Part shown: piece by piece, positions 1-13,174 of the stretch
Numbering within the stretch: position 1 is the stretch's first letter
How the letters are laid out: each line of letters starts with the position of its first letter
Assembly (NCBI GenBank): GCA_001687465.1
Contig: LVLI01000128.1
Coordinates: 1 to 64,000, forward strand
DNA length: 64,000 bases
Source of the DNA: Halocafeteria seosinensis
Lineage: Eukaryota
Reading direction: 5' to 3'
Position numbers and translations under genes: made by a program
The notes under the pieces: model-generated
The model's input: the letters and a program-made list of their open reading frames with translations, nothing else
Told to the model about the DNA's origin: nothing
Databases searched by the model: none

Positions 1-1245
1 ACACACACACAAATGTGACAGATAGCCCACCGGCCGGGAAGTTGACCACATCCTCTTAACGAGGAGCGGTAAGCGCCCGTGTTAAGCAGCGACGGGCCCG
101 CTGTTCCTGCAGCCTTGCTGACACGCGCCGTGGGGGAACACAGCACTGGTTAAGCTCAGGAGGCATCGGGGGAGGAGCCATGCCTGCGCCCACAATGTCA
201 GAGGTACCGACAAGGCTCAGTCTGGCAGGAGAAGACCCTGAGCCTGCCACAGCGGCGCCAACGCCAAGACCAGTTGCAGCAGCGCAGGCAGGATGAAGTG
301 TTGCTCCCGACGCAACAGTTGTGACCAATGACAAGCCCCCTCCACCTGACGCGGGAGGGGGCTCCCCAGAGATTCCGTCCACCTCATTTTCGTCATCATA
401 GCCCAGATTAAAGTACATCTCCTGCTCGAGATCGAAGAAGGTGCAGCTACCCAGGTCTGAGCAGCTTGAGTCTCCTTCGACTCTCACAAAAAGGGCATGA
501 AACTCTGAAACGAGACCATTTGTAAGTTGCTGAACTGAGGAAGGGAGCGGAAGTGGCTGCTACTGATGCTATTCGACTTCTCACGTAACAGAAGTTGAAC
601 CATTGAAGCAGGGTATACTGTATGGTACATATCCTCAAGCTGTGTGAACTCGAAACAACGGAGATGCCTCTTAAGAAAATGTGCCCGGAAAAAGTGGGCA
701 GGAGTGACTACGATAGCATAAATTATCTAGGGTGTGAATTGGGGCATTGCCTTGCACTGTTGGAGCACAGCCAATAGTGGAAGTCCCGTGATTATAGTAC
801 GCTTGCCAGGGCTATCGGCCTTCGAGAGCCACTAAACGGATGTACAACCAAGAAGAGGTGAACTATCAACACTCGGACGTTCCCGCCAGGATCACTCACA
901 GTCTGGTGAACTTAATTGCTACATGTTTTACTGTTTAAACGAGCTGGTGATACCTTCTTGAGTGGCTTTTCAGCTGTTGTACTGAATCTTCTACGTGACA
1001 TACAAAGAAATACGTGTCGATGCCGGTATATTGCTCATCAAAAGAGACGTGAATTCCTTTGCCTTGACTACCGAAAGAAGGATCTCTCTTCAACAGATCT
1101 ATTCACCTTGCCGACTAGTTCGATTGCAAGTCACTGTACCAGAAAACAAAACTGTGCACAGCAAGAACAACTGCTAATAAGAAAGGCATCAATTCTCCTG
1201 ACCCTGCTTTACCCGGGGTAAATTACCCCTCTACTAATGAACAAC

Positions 1246-2062
1246 TTAAAGCGCATCAATATCTACTTCTGCTCCACCTTCACCGGCGTCGTCTTCGTCC
1301 CCTTCTCCTCCTTCGTCGAATTCGAAAGCTCCTTCAGCACCGGCATCTCCGGCCATTTCAGAGCCGCCTGCAACAGCTCCTGTTTCGTTGATTCGGGCAC
1401 TGGCGGGTAGTTCACCCTTCTTCTTTAAGTCCCTGGCTTCTTCAGGATAAAATTTATGGATTACATCTGCCTTATCATCCTGNAATTCCCTTAGTCCAAT
1501 CAAAATAATGTCACCCTGTTTTCAGCAAAAATACGCTACCATCATTGGGTAAGAGCTTGTGTGTTCCCGAGAGCAAGATACATACCACACTGATCCAAAC
1601 TTTCTTCCGCATTTTACCGCGAATATGACAGAGCCTTTTCTTATCATCATTGAAACAGTAGGCTTCCAGACGTCCATTCCCTAACATTCGGGTAGCTTGC
1701 GCGTAGCATTGACCCTCTTCGGCGATGACCAATTCGCGCTTCTCAAAATCGTTGTCGTTTTTGCCACGACGGCGGTTCTTACCGCCCTTCCCTGTGGAAT
1801 TCAGAGGCGGAGTGATGCAAAATGTGGTAACATGAGAACCCGACCTAGAGTCTAATTATGAAGAATAATCACTTCAAAACACGCACACCTCCACTTCAAC
1901 CAGCCGCAACAATACATGATTGGACGGTATACCAAGCGCAGGACACACAAAGGACAGTCCGCTGAATTCAATGCATCCTCGGATGCACACGCTGCTTGCA
2001 AAGCATCGTTCGGGTCTGGGAACAGACTGTGCTATTATTCACATACCTTTGTTTTTCGGCAT
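1246..2062 (-). CDS. EIF1A: Translation initiation factor eIF1A (3 exons)
   Basis: Exon 1 reads ATG CCG AAA AAC AAA G|gtatgt (2062-2047, MPKNK). Exon 2 reads [45 protein letters not shown]. Exon 3 reads [29 protein letters not shown], with an acidic tail ending DIDAL. There is one N base at 1483. Confidence 0.95.
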
Positions 2063-2456
2063 GCCGGACTGTGTGGTTCCCTGGACGCTTGCTCAGAAAA
2101 ATAAACGCTGCTCTTTCGGATTCTTCGAGAGATACTTTAGGTTTCTTCCTCTTCAACAACAACGCATTCTGTAGGCAGACAACCGAATGGAATCATCCTG
2201 TATGCAGCAGCCTGATCGAAACTCTGACTCCACACATTATACCCGGCAATCTTTTCGGAGACATTGCTTCACGTGGTTGAAGTTCCAACTTCAACGCAGA
2301 AAACAAAGCCTTTAGCGCGCGTCGCGGCACTGATTTCATAGTAATACCTAGGGTGGGTTAACATAGTTATAATGCCGTGGTGAATAATCTGCAATGGATC
2401 AAGGAGAATGACTCTGTATTGTGAAGGTTTCTACTGAAATGATGTTCTAATGGAGA

Positions 2457-3709
2457 GTGGCGTTTGTACCCGGTAGTAGTGGAGTTGTGGACGTTGTCCC
2501 TTTCTCGGCTGGCAAAAGGAAAGCAATGGAGTTTCGATCACCACCAGTGGAAGAGGAAGAAAGTGACTTCCTTTCTGCAGCTTCATCGGCATCTATCGGA
2601 GACGGCTCCTCGGGCCCTCAAACTGAGAGAGAGGAGGAGGAAGACAAACAGGGTGTTCCTTGGGATGCTTCCCAGATGGTCAGCGTTGACAATGGAGAGG
2701 TTGTTTCGCACGCACAATGGCGACTGGTTGGAAAAGATGAGGAAAAGTACTATAATGAACAGGAGCGGCAGAGAGCCACTAGTCACGCTCTAGATTTGGC
2801 ACTTGAGGACATATTGTACACAACGTCAGGTACGCGTGTGATTCAAACGTACTCGTTCCTAAAGCCCCTTCCTATCTGTAAATCTCTGTTAACAGACCCT
2901 AGATTATTAGCAGAATTTATTGCTCAATTAAGCCAAATGAGAGAGTCGTTACTGCAACGACAGGTAAGGATATAGCGGTGCTGGCAGTACTTCTCTGGCT
3001 TCTCCCTTACTCAGCTTAGAGTGCGACTACAGGAGCAACTTTGCAGGGTTGATAAGAACTTGGTAATGAAGGAATTTTGGAACCGGTTTGAAAAACGATG
3101 TTCACACTACACACCGCTGAGAAACTCCGATGCCTTGGAGACGGCAAGCACCGAGCTAGAACAGGAAGCCACAAAAGCATCTGCGTACGCCGCCGAGCGT
3201 GCTAGCATCCGACAAGAGAAGAGTGAACCAATTCCAGCTTTTGACTTTACGCATCCACGTCGGGATCATTTGAAGGAAAAATTAAAACCCTCCTTAGCGA
3301 CTCCTACACAGAGCGCAAACACAGTGGGAGATGAGATTGATGAGATCTTGTTTTCTCCAGGCGCACCGACACAGGAGAGCAGTCCACAACTTCCGAAGGT
3401 ATCTCCGACTAAACAAGCAGCCTCCAGAGAATCTACCCCCTCACGAAGGCGTAGACAGAGGAGAGCGCAAGAGGTAATTCGCGAAAAGGAATCTGCTTGC
3501 CGTAACGTTCGATTCTTCACCACAGAGTCTGTTCGGTGATTATAGCCATCAACAACTTTCTCTACCCGCACATCGCATCGTATACCGTTGCATCGAAGGT
3601 ATACCGGTATCATCCCGCGACTCGAATACGTCGTCTTAACGGACGACGAAGTCACCTGAGTGGACTTCGATGCACTGCCTGTTGCTTCCAGCAACCACTT
3701 GGGGACTAG
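2457..3709 (+). CDS. Hypothetical protein, multi-exon, low-complexity/coiled-coil
   Basis: Two 172-aa ORFs (2457-2975, 3021-3539) can be joined through GT-AG introns. A probable last exon runs ~3599-3709. No family recognised; both ends are uncertain. Confidence 0.5.
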
Positions 3710-4196
3710 GGTTAGGGGGTGCTGAGATTCGGTTGATCCGCTCTGCCACTGCTTCTTAACAAGTTGGTAGGGATACCTACACATCTTCGTAACACCAGTG
3801 ACGCTTCTTGATGACGGGAAGCTCGAAAGCTAAGTCATCCCAGCTCATGATGCTGACATAGGGTTCGTATCGGAGTCGAATATTCATCCGAGACCACTCC
3901 GCAGTTGTTACCTCGGATACATGGCATGATACGCAAAATGCCAATTCATTTGCGATTCACTTCAGAGCTTTTCATACTGTGGGACTTCACAGTGGAAGTC
4001 TTAGTAGCACTCTCAGTGCTTTTCTGGAGACTGAGAGCAAATTTAGAAAACCAACGCTGTTGTGTGGAACGGACCATCAACATGCCTTCTTGACGTCTGC
4101 GACTTCATCGCCATATGTACGTATCCAAAACAATATACTTGATCAAACAAACAAGGGGATCGTTGCTTGTACCAATTAACTACCCACATGTATGAC

Positions 4197-4295
4197 CTGC
4201 AACGATACGATTGGGGACAGCTGCCAACATACGATTATAGACAGCTGCCACCATACGAGTATGGACAGCTGCCACCATACGAGTATGGACAGCTG
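4197..4295. repeat. 24-bp tandem repeat, 4 copies (consensus ctgccaccatacgagtatggacag)
   Basis: Units start at 4197, 4221, 4245 and 4269. The last two are identical and the first two are progressively more diverged. Confidence 0.9.
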
Positions 4296-4451
4296 TGCTG
4301 CAGGCTCCCTGCATCTGACACGTAATACACTTGGGGTATTTCGTTCGTGATTGTTAGCTTTCACACCGCCGCTTGCTTGACGCTAGACTGCACTAGTAGC
4401 TTACTTTGATAGTTGTTTTGAGTGTTTTGTTCGATTTTGTCGTGAGTGGAG

Positions 4452-7400
4452 ATGTCGACCTCGTATGAAGAAAGCCTTTTTCCGGCAGGAGATGGGCTTA
4501 CCGGAAGCCGCTCGCGCACTGGGAGCTTTACCGACGATTACAAAGGTGAGAAAGCACCCTAGGGTAATGGAGCTTGAACGATATGTCATATAGAGGGGAT
4601 TCTCTCGCTGTGTGTGCGTGTGCAGAGCAACTTCGCCGTGTAAAATCTATCATCCTGGAGCAGGGAGGCTTCTCAGAGGCAGTCGTCGATGCCCAGCTGG
4701 AAGAGTTCTATGAGCATTTAGGGTGAGCAATAGATCCTGATGAGCACCTTTCACAGTCTATAGTTACACTTGACCTTGCGTGTGGCAGGCTACCGAAGCA
4801 ATACTTTGACCATACCAACGCGAAACTGATTGCGGAACATGTCCAGAGTCTTCAAGGTAAGTGCGGGACGTCTTCAGCAGCATGTATCCTGGCTGACTGA
4901 AAACACCTGATGGTATGGTTGCTCTGCTACAGCTGCAAAGATATTGGCGCGAACGTCTGGGCGTCCGTTCGATCTGTCCTTGCGCCAAGAAGCCGAAGAC
5001 ACGTACGTTCATGCTGGCGAGTGGGGAATTTCCTTAACGCAACTTATGGTATTTGCTTCTCTCCCTTTCTCTATACATATATGGGTCGCAGTGCAATGTT
5101 TGTCGCAAGAAGTACAATTCGAACGGTAAGGGGATCGTCATTTGCGATGTGGATATCAATTGAACTCAATGAGGGCTTGCTGAATGCAGTTGAAGGACGG
5201 GCGAGTTGTGCGAAACGTAGGGGGTGTTTCCTCAGGCGAAGAGAAGAACACTGAATCTTTGCCTTCAGCAAAAGAAGATGAAACAAATGGAATGCCTGCA
5301 TTTAAGCATACGCCGGTACAGAAAATGGAACGGTACATTGAGCAGGTGTATCTGAGTGGAAGCCCTTCGGATTCTCAAAAAGACAAGTCACATAGAGGAG
5401 GGCTGGAGGACCAACTACTGGCTCAGCAGGCCGTGGATGCAGAAAGCGAATTTGGAGGCTTGAAGAGTATCTCGGCTAGTGGGAGTGCAAATTCACACAG
5501 GTTCCGTGCCAAAGACGGTGTTTGGAGGCTCCAGTGTTTCCGTAGTCGCGGGGAGACACGCCCGGCCATGCAGGGAGAAAACGACGATGCAATTGGTGGT
5601 GCTATGGCACTCCGTCTTTTCTTTCTTCAGAAGCCAACGTTTCTTTCCGATTCTGCCGCGGTGCCAAAGACAATGGTCCCTACGAATCGACAAGAGTTTG
5701 CTGAGTTAAGCGACCAACGTCTGATCGAGCAAGCTCCGGATGACCTACAGGAAGTATACTTCCGCATCGTGACAGCGGCAAGCCGAAAAGAAAAACTTGG
5801 ACCTGTTATCAAGAGTTCTAGAGGGAGAAATTTCGGTGCGGCTGTATCAAAACTGAGACGCAGGCTTGACTGCAGTTCCAAGGAAGCGGTTACCTCCAAT
5901 GAAGCGGAAGTTACTCCTTGTACTTTCTCCGGTACTATCCAGGACAACCTCGGGACGCAGGAAGAAGACTCCGAAGATGATCACGTTGCACTCTTCATCG
6001 CTCATCGTGTTGGCTCTACTCATTGGTACTTCACAGGTATTCCAGATGTGTACCGGTATTACGGACTCTACGCTGTCCGGAAATATGTCGAGCCATTTGC
6101 GAACGGTATTGTGATATTTGCGTTCTACTTGAGAAATTTACGCTATACTCCCCCAGGGGGGCAGTTCGGCGAGGGAGACAATGTGTCTGAAATGGTTCAG
6201 CAGCCTATATCCTCCAAGAGCCAATTCCAGCTACCTCTCTCTGTTCGGCTTGAGCATTTGGTGCGAGACGCGTCCCTGCATTTTGTGCTGCCGAGAACTT
6301 CTCTTACGCCGCTGTTCACCAATGGTACTTTGTCGGCGCAAGAGGTTGCATATGTAAGTGGTTGTCTAAGAATGGAAGAGGTTATTTCCACTGCTATTTG
6401 CCCTCTTTGACTGTCCAGGCCTATGCCGCATGGAAATTTGCGTATCACTTCATGGAAAGAGGTTCTGCCGAATACGCAATGCTGAGTGATGCTTTGAAGG
6501 ACAAACCAGAGGCTATCCAGCAGTTGGTAAGCTAAATTTCTGGAGTCTGCTGCCATGTTTTTGTACCCGACACTAGCTTCAATGGACGGTTTTCTTGACT
6601 CAGGCGAGACTGCAATCATCTTTGCAAATGAATGCGTTTACCGAAGGCTCCATCCTGGACACGTTCTATCGCAATCCGGATATGGTCCGTTACGTCTACG
6701 GCGATTTTGCTAAAAAATTTGTTCCTTTGGAGCGTAATCATAAGAAGGCACAAGCCTTCGCCGAAGAGAAACAATTTACCGGAGTACCGTCTTCAGAGGA
6801 CATGAAAGCGCTTCGTAAAGCTTGTGCAAAATATGAAGCTAACAACGACTCCGATATTGCGGTGTTCAAAGCTTGCATGACGTTTAATGCGTGCGTGATG
6901 AAAACAAATTTCTTCAAAGCAGACATTGCTGCCCTGTCCTTCCGACTGCATCCAGCTTTCTTACCGCCCGAACAATTCACGGATCGCCCCTTTGGCCTAT
7001 TCTTTGTGCTCAGTACAGAGTTTAGGTAAGCGGTATCTTCTACATCAATGGCAGGTATTAGGATCTTTACGTTGTAGATTTTCCGATTGTTAATGCAGAG
7101 GTTTCCACATTCGATTCCGTGATGTGGCACGTGGTGGCATCAGAGTTGTTAAAAGTGGAAATGCCCAGGCATTTGCCTCAAACGTGGCCCATTTGTTCCA
7201 GGAGGGGTATGGGTTGGCTGCCACGCAGCAACGTAAGAATAAAGACATACCTGAAGGCGGCTCGAAAGGGGTAATACTACTAAACTTGGCCCACCAAGAC
7301 AAGGCTAGCACGGCTTTCATGAAGTACGAGGATGCAATATTGGATACTTTGTTGGTCCCTGCGTTGAAACTTGCTCGGGCAGATGTCCGGAACGCCAAGC

Positions 7401-8816
7401 CTGTGTCACATGGTCCGATTGTGGACTACTACGGATATCCCGAGATTCTGTTCCTCGGCCCGGACGAAAATACAGCTACCGTAATGGATTGGGCTTCTCA
7501 GCACGCCGATGCAAGAGGCTATTCCTATGCCAAAGCCATCAGCACCGGCAAAACCCCAGCATTGGGAGGTATTCCTCACGATGAGTATGGAATGACCACG
7601 CATAGTGTGCGTGCATATGCTCTTGGGATTCAGAAAGCGTTTGGGCTCAACCCCAGTGAGTGCACTAAGGTACAAACTGGAGGACCCGACGGCGATCTTG
7701 GAAGCAATGAAATCAAAATGAGCAATGAGAAATACATAGGTATTGTTGACGGATCTGGAGTGCTCTACGACAGTGATGGGCTGAACAAGAAGGAACTTAT
7801 CCGGTTGGCTGAGGCTCGAATTCCTGTAGAAAACTACAATCGCGCCTTGTTGGGACCCAATGGCTTTTTGGTAACAATCCACGAAAAAGACGTAACTCTG
7901 CCGGACGGAAGTACAGTTGAATCTGGATTGACCTTCAGGAACACGTTCCACCTTGATAGTCGGGTATCAGCTGACTTCTTTGTGCCATGCGGTGGACGTC
8001 CCGCGGCAGTTAATATCAGCAACGTGCAGCAGTTCATCTATGGGACGGACAATCCTCATGACGAGGCAGGTAATCGGAAGGTCAATCGGCGTTTCAACTA
8101 CGTCGTTGAGGGTGCTAATTTATTCCTTACTCAAGAGGCTCGGTTAGCTTGCGAAAAGGCTGACATGGTTCTTTTCAAGGATGCATCCGCCAACAAGGGT
8201 GGTGTCACTAGTAGCAGCTTAGAAGTGATGGCAGCTTTAACCCTTAACGATGAAGAATTCCGAACGCATATGTGTATTGGCGAAGTAGAGGGAGAGCAAG
8301 TGATCCCAAAATTCTACGAAGACTATGTGGCAGAGGTGCAGTCGCATATTGATGAAAACGCTGCCATGGAATTCGAGTGTATTCAGCAAGAAATTGAAAA
8401 TGCGAAAGAGCATGGGAAGAAGCCGAAATCTCGATCTGTTCTCAGCGATAAACTAAGCACCAAAATTACCGACCTGTCGGCACGCGTGGAAGACAGCGAT
8501 ATTTTGTGGAACAATGAGAAACTGCGCACCAAGGTGCTACGGATGGCCATCCCCAGAGTACGTTGATGTCTAAGCTGCTAATTAAACTCATATTTTATAG
8601 AATAACCACGCTCTGTTTTGCGTGAATTTGCAGTCTCTTGCTTCTCTACTCGGTGGAGCGGACAAAGCTCTCGATCGACTGCCTGAAAACTACAAGCGCG
8701 CACTATTCGGCTCTCGGTTAGCCTCTCGATTCGTGTACAAGTACGGTATGGACCCACCCGCAGGATCTGAATTTGCGTTCTTCTCGTTTGTAGACGAGTT
8801 GCTGAGCCAAGAATGA
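4452..8816 (+). CDS. GDH2: NAD-specific glutamate dehydrogenase, large fungal/protist GDH2 type (multi-exon)
   Basis: Motifs: GFHIRFRDVARGGIR, QQRKNKDIPEGGSKG, LFLGPDENTA, GGIPHDEYGMTT, KVQTGGPDGDLGSNEI, FVPCGGRP, VEGANLF, KDASANKGGVTSSSLEV. N-terminal exons start at ATG 4452 (..EQLRRVKSIILEQGGFSEAVVDAQLEEFYEHLG). The last exon ends at 8816. Confidence 0.93.
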
Positions 8817-8908
8817 GGAAATTTCCGAACAGGGAAATACTACTATGCCCTTGTATATTGTTTCGAAGTTGCTGCTGCTACTCATAGTAATCAGTTTGCC
8901 TTTGCGAG

Positions 8909-9981
8909 TTAGGCTCGTTGGCGCTTCTTTCCAGGTTCAGCTTTGGATGGAGTCAGCTTGACTCCACCTGAAGTGGGTTCCTTCTTTTCTTCGAAGGTCC
9001 GAAAAATCCTGTCGCCAACGTCACCCAGGCCGGGGACCACGTATCCTTCCTGCGAGCGCAGCGATCCACCAGAATAGGAATCATAGAATTGAATTAAATA
9101 CATATGCAACTTTTAGCCTTTTTCTGTATACATACGTCGGTTAGCTCATTGTCAATACCTGCGACATGGACCTCCACATCGGGGTGTTCCTTTTGTAGAG
9201 CGGCTAATCCAGTTGTGCTAGCGAGGATACACATGATTTTGATTTTTGGCACACCCCAGTCCTTGAGTATTCCCAAAGTAGCATTGATGGTTCCCGCAGT
9301 GGCAATCATGGGTTCCAAAACCAGCGCAACATCGCTTTCACATTGCTGTGGAAGACGGTTGTAATACAGCACTGGGCACAAGGAGTTATGCTCCCGATAC
9401 ATTCCTGTACGGTACGGTTGGTAGTATCCACACGCTTTTGTTCAATCCCTACATTGCTACTTGACGACACCAAGCACAATGAACCTTACCAATGTGGTGA
9501 ACCTCGGACGAGGGGACTAACTCCAGCATGGCGTCCACCATCCCCAATCCAGCCCGTAGAATGGGGACCAGTGCAATCCGAGTGGACAAATGGGCTCCCT
9601 CCCCGGCTCCTACAGGGGACTGTTTGACACATACGCACACCATGATCATCTACAGATATCCCTCGGGGTATTCATCAGCACGACGACGTACCTCAAACTC
9701 TCGCTTCTCGACGGAGCAATCGCGGGTAGCTTCATATCCCAAATAAAAGGTTAACTCCTTGAGCAGAAGCCGGAATGTGTGACTTTGGGTATGTTTCTGC
9801 AATACAAGAGGGTATTTTTTTTTCTTTCCATCATCATTCAGTTCCACACGGATGAAAGAGGGGGGTTTAGACCACCTACGTCTCTCAATAAGGTCAATTT
9901 ATGACGTAAAACAGGGTGTTGGGAGAGAAAAACATTGCTGTAATCCACCTTATCGGTGCTATTATTGCTGGTACCAGACAT
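8909..9981 (-). CDS. UPRT: Uracil phosphoribosyltransferase (multi-exon)
   Basis: Motifs: [52 protein letters not shown] (PRPP loop), [13 protein letters not shown]. Confidence 0.93.
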
Positions 9982-10329
9982 AACAGTGAATGAAGTGGGG
10001 GGAAAACAAAACAAGAATACTACTCTATCACAAAGACAGGAATAAGCACACGGGCTGGTCAACAACAACACAAGAGCAATGACACATAATAACGGGATTG
10101 ACAACTGGCAGCCGGGGACTACCGCAGACCATACAGTAGTTCCGAAGCTGCGGCTTGCAAGCACGCGCACTTTTACCGGCCAAAGAAAAGAATACGGTAC
10201 AGTAACATTGATACAACCCAGGTTCATTGGTACTGGTAGCTCGGCGATGCAGATGGTGGCAGTCTTGATACCGGTAGGATACTCTTGATTGAGTCACATA
10301 CGGTATCTGGATACCACAACTGCAGCTTA

Positions 10330-11547
10330 CTAATAGAAGCATGTCAAGGTCCGATGGTGTGGGAAAAATGTGTCTTTTGATTTTTCTCCAGTCTGCCATA
10401 ACCACCAATCTAATTCAACAGACATCCTGGAGACTCCATGCGCAGAACTGAGTACTTCCTTCAGCTTTTCAACTGCTTGAACTGTGGCCGCGCGGATTTC
10501 TACTTCCTCAGGGGAGCCAGGAAAGAGTTCTTCGCGGTTCTGAATTCGTCTTGCCAAATCTGTCGAATACTGTATCAAATTCAACGAGGTCAGTACTTGA
10601 GGAACGCGGTAATCGGCGAACATCGTCAGTTTTCCTATGTCGGGGAGTACCAGGGCCTGGAGACCGGTGTCTGGTACTTTGCTAGCTGCTGTGTTTAAAG
10701 TCTGTTGCTTTCCGAACGCTGCCCAGAGATCACCTACCAGAATCTGAACCCGTTTGTAGAAAAACACTTGTGCACCATGGTAGACAGCTTCATCTCGGAA
10801 ACCTGAAAAGAGTGGACAGTTCATATGGGCTTAAGGAGGACACATACTCCTGAGACCGAAAACACACTAACCTGGCAGTTCAGATGTAATCAGGTTGACC
10901 AATGCTGTAGCTGAATTCTTTGCTCGTATAATCATATTTAAAGCTAATCCCTCATAGTTAGTTTTCAGCGCAATCCCAAGCTGCGGCCGTCGACAAGAAG
11001 TAGTAGAGTATTGTCTTGGAAAGAACCGTTCTCTCAACCATCAACAACTTGCACCCACCTCACGGAGTTTCCGAACACGCTCTGGAAGGTTTGGTAAGTC
11101 GTGAGGTGCAAACCATTTCGCCAGCGTATCTTCCGTCACCGCGCACAGTCTATCGGCATCATACGCCCTGTTATCATTGCGCAGCACCGTCGTCAACGCC
11201 CATGCCAAATTTTCGTACTCGAGCCCAGTCTTACTCGGCCAGAAGCAAAAATTAAGCGCATCGAGTACGAATGTGTATTGACATGTCAATGCACCTGAAG
11301 TCTCGATATCATCGGTGAAGTGTACACTATTTTCATCCCATTTTTCTCCCGTTTCCAGTTGGAATTGCTCTCCTCCTTCACCCTTCTCATTCGACGTCCT
11401 ATGGGGGCCTTGTTGCGCCCCCGTCGCCTTGCAGAAACTCTCTGCGGCACTTGTATACGCTGTATCTGGTCCAAGCTTCACATGACTGCAGCTGGGATCC
11501 TGCAGCACTCGGGCTGTCGATTCGCGTACTCGTTCCAAAGGGTCCAT
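10330..11547 (-). CDS. QNG1: Queuosine 5'-phosphate N-glycosylase/queuosine salvage protein (DUF2419, C9orf64 family)
   Basis: Motifs: QYTFVLDALNFCFW, FRDEAVYHG.QVFFYKRVQILVGDLW, LTMFADYRVPQVL, EEVEIRA, LDWWLWQ, FPHHRTLTCFY*. Confidence 0.93.
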
Positions 11548-11811
11548 TTCCGCTGATATCACCTGCCGATACTAGAGAGGACACTGTATACATGCTTTCT
11601 GCCAACAATTCAGCATTCCTCGTCGTGTATAACAAGTGTACGACCTCCCTCTTTCCCCTGTGACTCAGCATTCCATTAAGTCTTTCTCCATGGAGGTGGA
11701 TTGAGTGATGGTGCAGATATGTAAATGATACCACCACCACAGTCATTCTTTATGTTTTTGATTTCACCTTTAATAATCATTATTGAGTGGTGTGGCATTT
11801 GACTTCCAACC

Positions 11812-13071
11812 ATGGCGGCAGCGACGGAAGAGGACACTGATATGTCCATGGGAGGCAATGGAGGTGATGTGCAGGCGCAACACGCCGGGGGACACCATAT
11901 TTCCGTCGGAGAACATGTGTGGGTAGCGTTCTACTATGATGGCGACCCACAGGTTGTTTCCCAGCAGCAAACTTCCGTGGCGAGCAGCCTACGGCCCGGA
12001 CCACCGCCTTCAGGGGACGAAGAGAACAGTCAGGCAGTGGAATCAGGAGAAAAAGGTCTCTTTGTGGTCCGTAGTGTCTGCCTCGTTTCGTATTTGGATG
12101 AGACGGAAGGTACCGCTGATCTCATACGAGTCTACGACGGAGTTGAATTTTCGGTGCCGATAGTGTTTCTCAGTCACCTACCGTCGCGTCAAAATGTGGA
12201 CAGTATGGGAGACGAATTAAAGCGGGCGGTCACACTTAAAGAGGAGGGTAACTTTTTCTTCAAGTGCAAAGATTTTGAATCGGCCAGACAAGTGTACGAA
12301 TCTGCCTTGGCACGGATCACCAAGAAGTCATCACCTGCATCGGTCAAAGTTGGTACCCTAGCGCTGATACAACGTCGTGATGCTCGCATGGCTCGGGACC
12401 TACTGTATCGACCAGCCAGTGTGGCACTCGTAGATGGTGCTGATCAAACATGTGAAGTCATCTATGAAGATGATCATGAGCCAAGTGAGGAAGAGGTCTC
12501 ATGGAATGATTTGGTAGTCCTGCCGCCGAGGCGTGCTCATGAAGGATTGCTAGATGATCTGGCTTCCCAACCTCTTGAGCTCTATCGACAACTATGTATG
12601 AACATTGCCCGAGCGTTGCTTAACTTTGCAATTTTTTCTACTGATCGAGGTACTTACGTCAGGCACAGTATCTTTAGCGTTGACAAAGCCATATGCTCCT
12701 GCTATCTTCTCCGCTCCAGTTCTGGAGATCAGAATGCTGCCGAAATTATGTCATCCATTGTCACAGGGTACTTCTTTCGTATCAAGGCTCACTGTGCTCT
12801 GGGTCAGTTTAAGACAGCCAACGGGCTGCTGGAGTCCTCCAGGCAGATGATAACGCAAGGCTTGGAACAATGTGAATTAAATCCTCAACACAATACAACT
12901 GAGACACTACAAAAACAGAATCGTCAGTTGCAACACTTGGAACGTCATATCACAATGTCTCAAAGGTACCATCAAAAAGCCGACAGAAAAATAGCGAAAG
13001 AAGTCGCTCATTGGGTAGACCATGCTTGGAAAGAAGGTGGGACGGAGAAGGGAGAAACGGACGCTACGTAA
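11812..13071 (+). CDS. TPR-repeat protein with Tudor-like segments
   Basis: 419-aa single ORF. First TPR reads AVTLKEEGNFFFKCKDFESARQVYESAL. Later TPR-like helices include LCMNIARALL and GYFFRIKAHCALGQFKTA. Confidence 0.7.
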   Translation: MAAATEEDTDMSMGGNGGDVQAQHAGGHHISVGEHVWVAFYYDGDPQVVSQQQTSVASSLRPGPPPSGDEENSQAVESGEKGLFVVRSVCLVSYLDETEGTADLIRVYDGVEFSVPIVFLSHLPSRQNVDSMGDELKRAVTLKEEGNFFFKCKDFESARQVYESALARITKKSSPASVKVGTLALIQRRDARMARDLLYRPASVALVDGADQTCEVIYEDDHEPSEEEVSWNDLVVLPPRRAHEGLLDDLASQPLELYRQLCMNIARALLNFAIFSTDRGTYVRHSIFSVDKAICSCYLLRSSSGDQNAAEIMSSIVTGYFFRIKAHCALGQFKTANGLLESSRQMITQGLEQCELNPQHNTTETLQKQNRQLQHLERHITMSQRYHQKADRKIAKEVAHWVDHAWKEGGTEKGETDAT

Positions 13072-13174
13072 TGATCTGCTACAGAACTTATTGTTAAGAG
13101 AAATAATCCATATAAGCTGCCAATGGTAGGCGTATAGCTATTATTGCAGCTCCAAAGTATTTTCTCAGCCCAGG

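Noticed and set aside
1..1230. ORF 56-487 (minus), (AC)n at the window start and hairpin ggggtaa-a-ttacccc at ~1215-1229 as a Helitron or other TE end
   Set aside because: No recognisable domain, no canonical CTAG terminus after the hairpin, and in-frame stops lie upstream of the ORF. It may be a pseudogene, but I cannot support a call.
4197..4295. 24-bp repeats as a CRISPR array
   Set aside because: The units are contiguous with no unique spacers, there are no cas genes and the context is eukaryotic.
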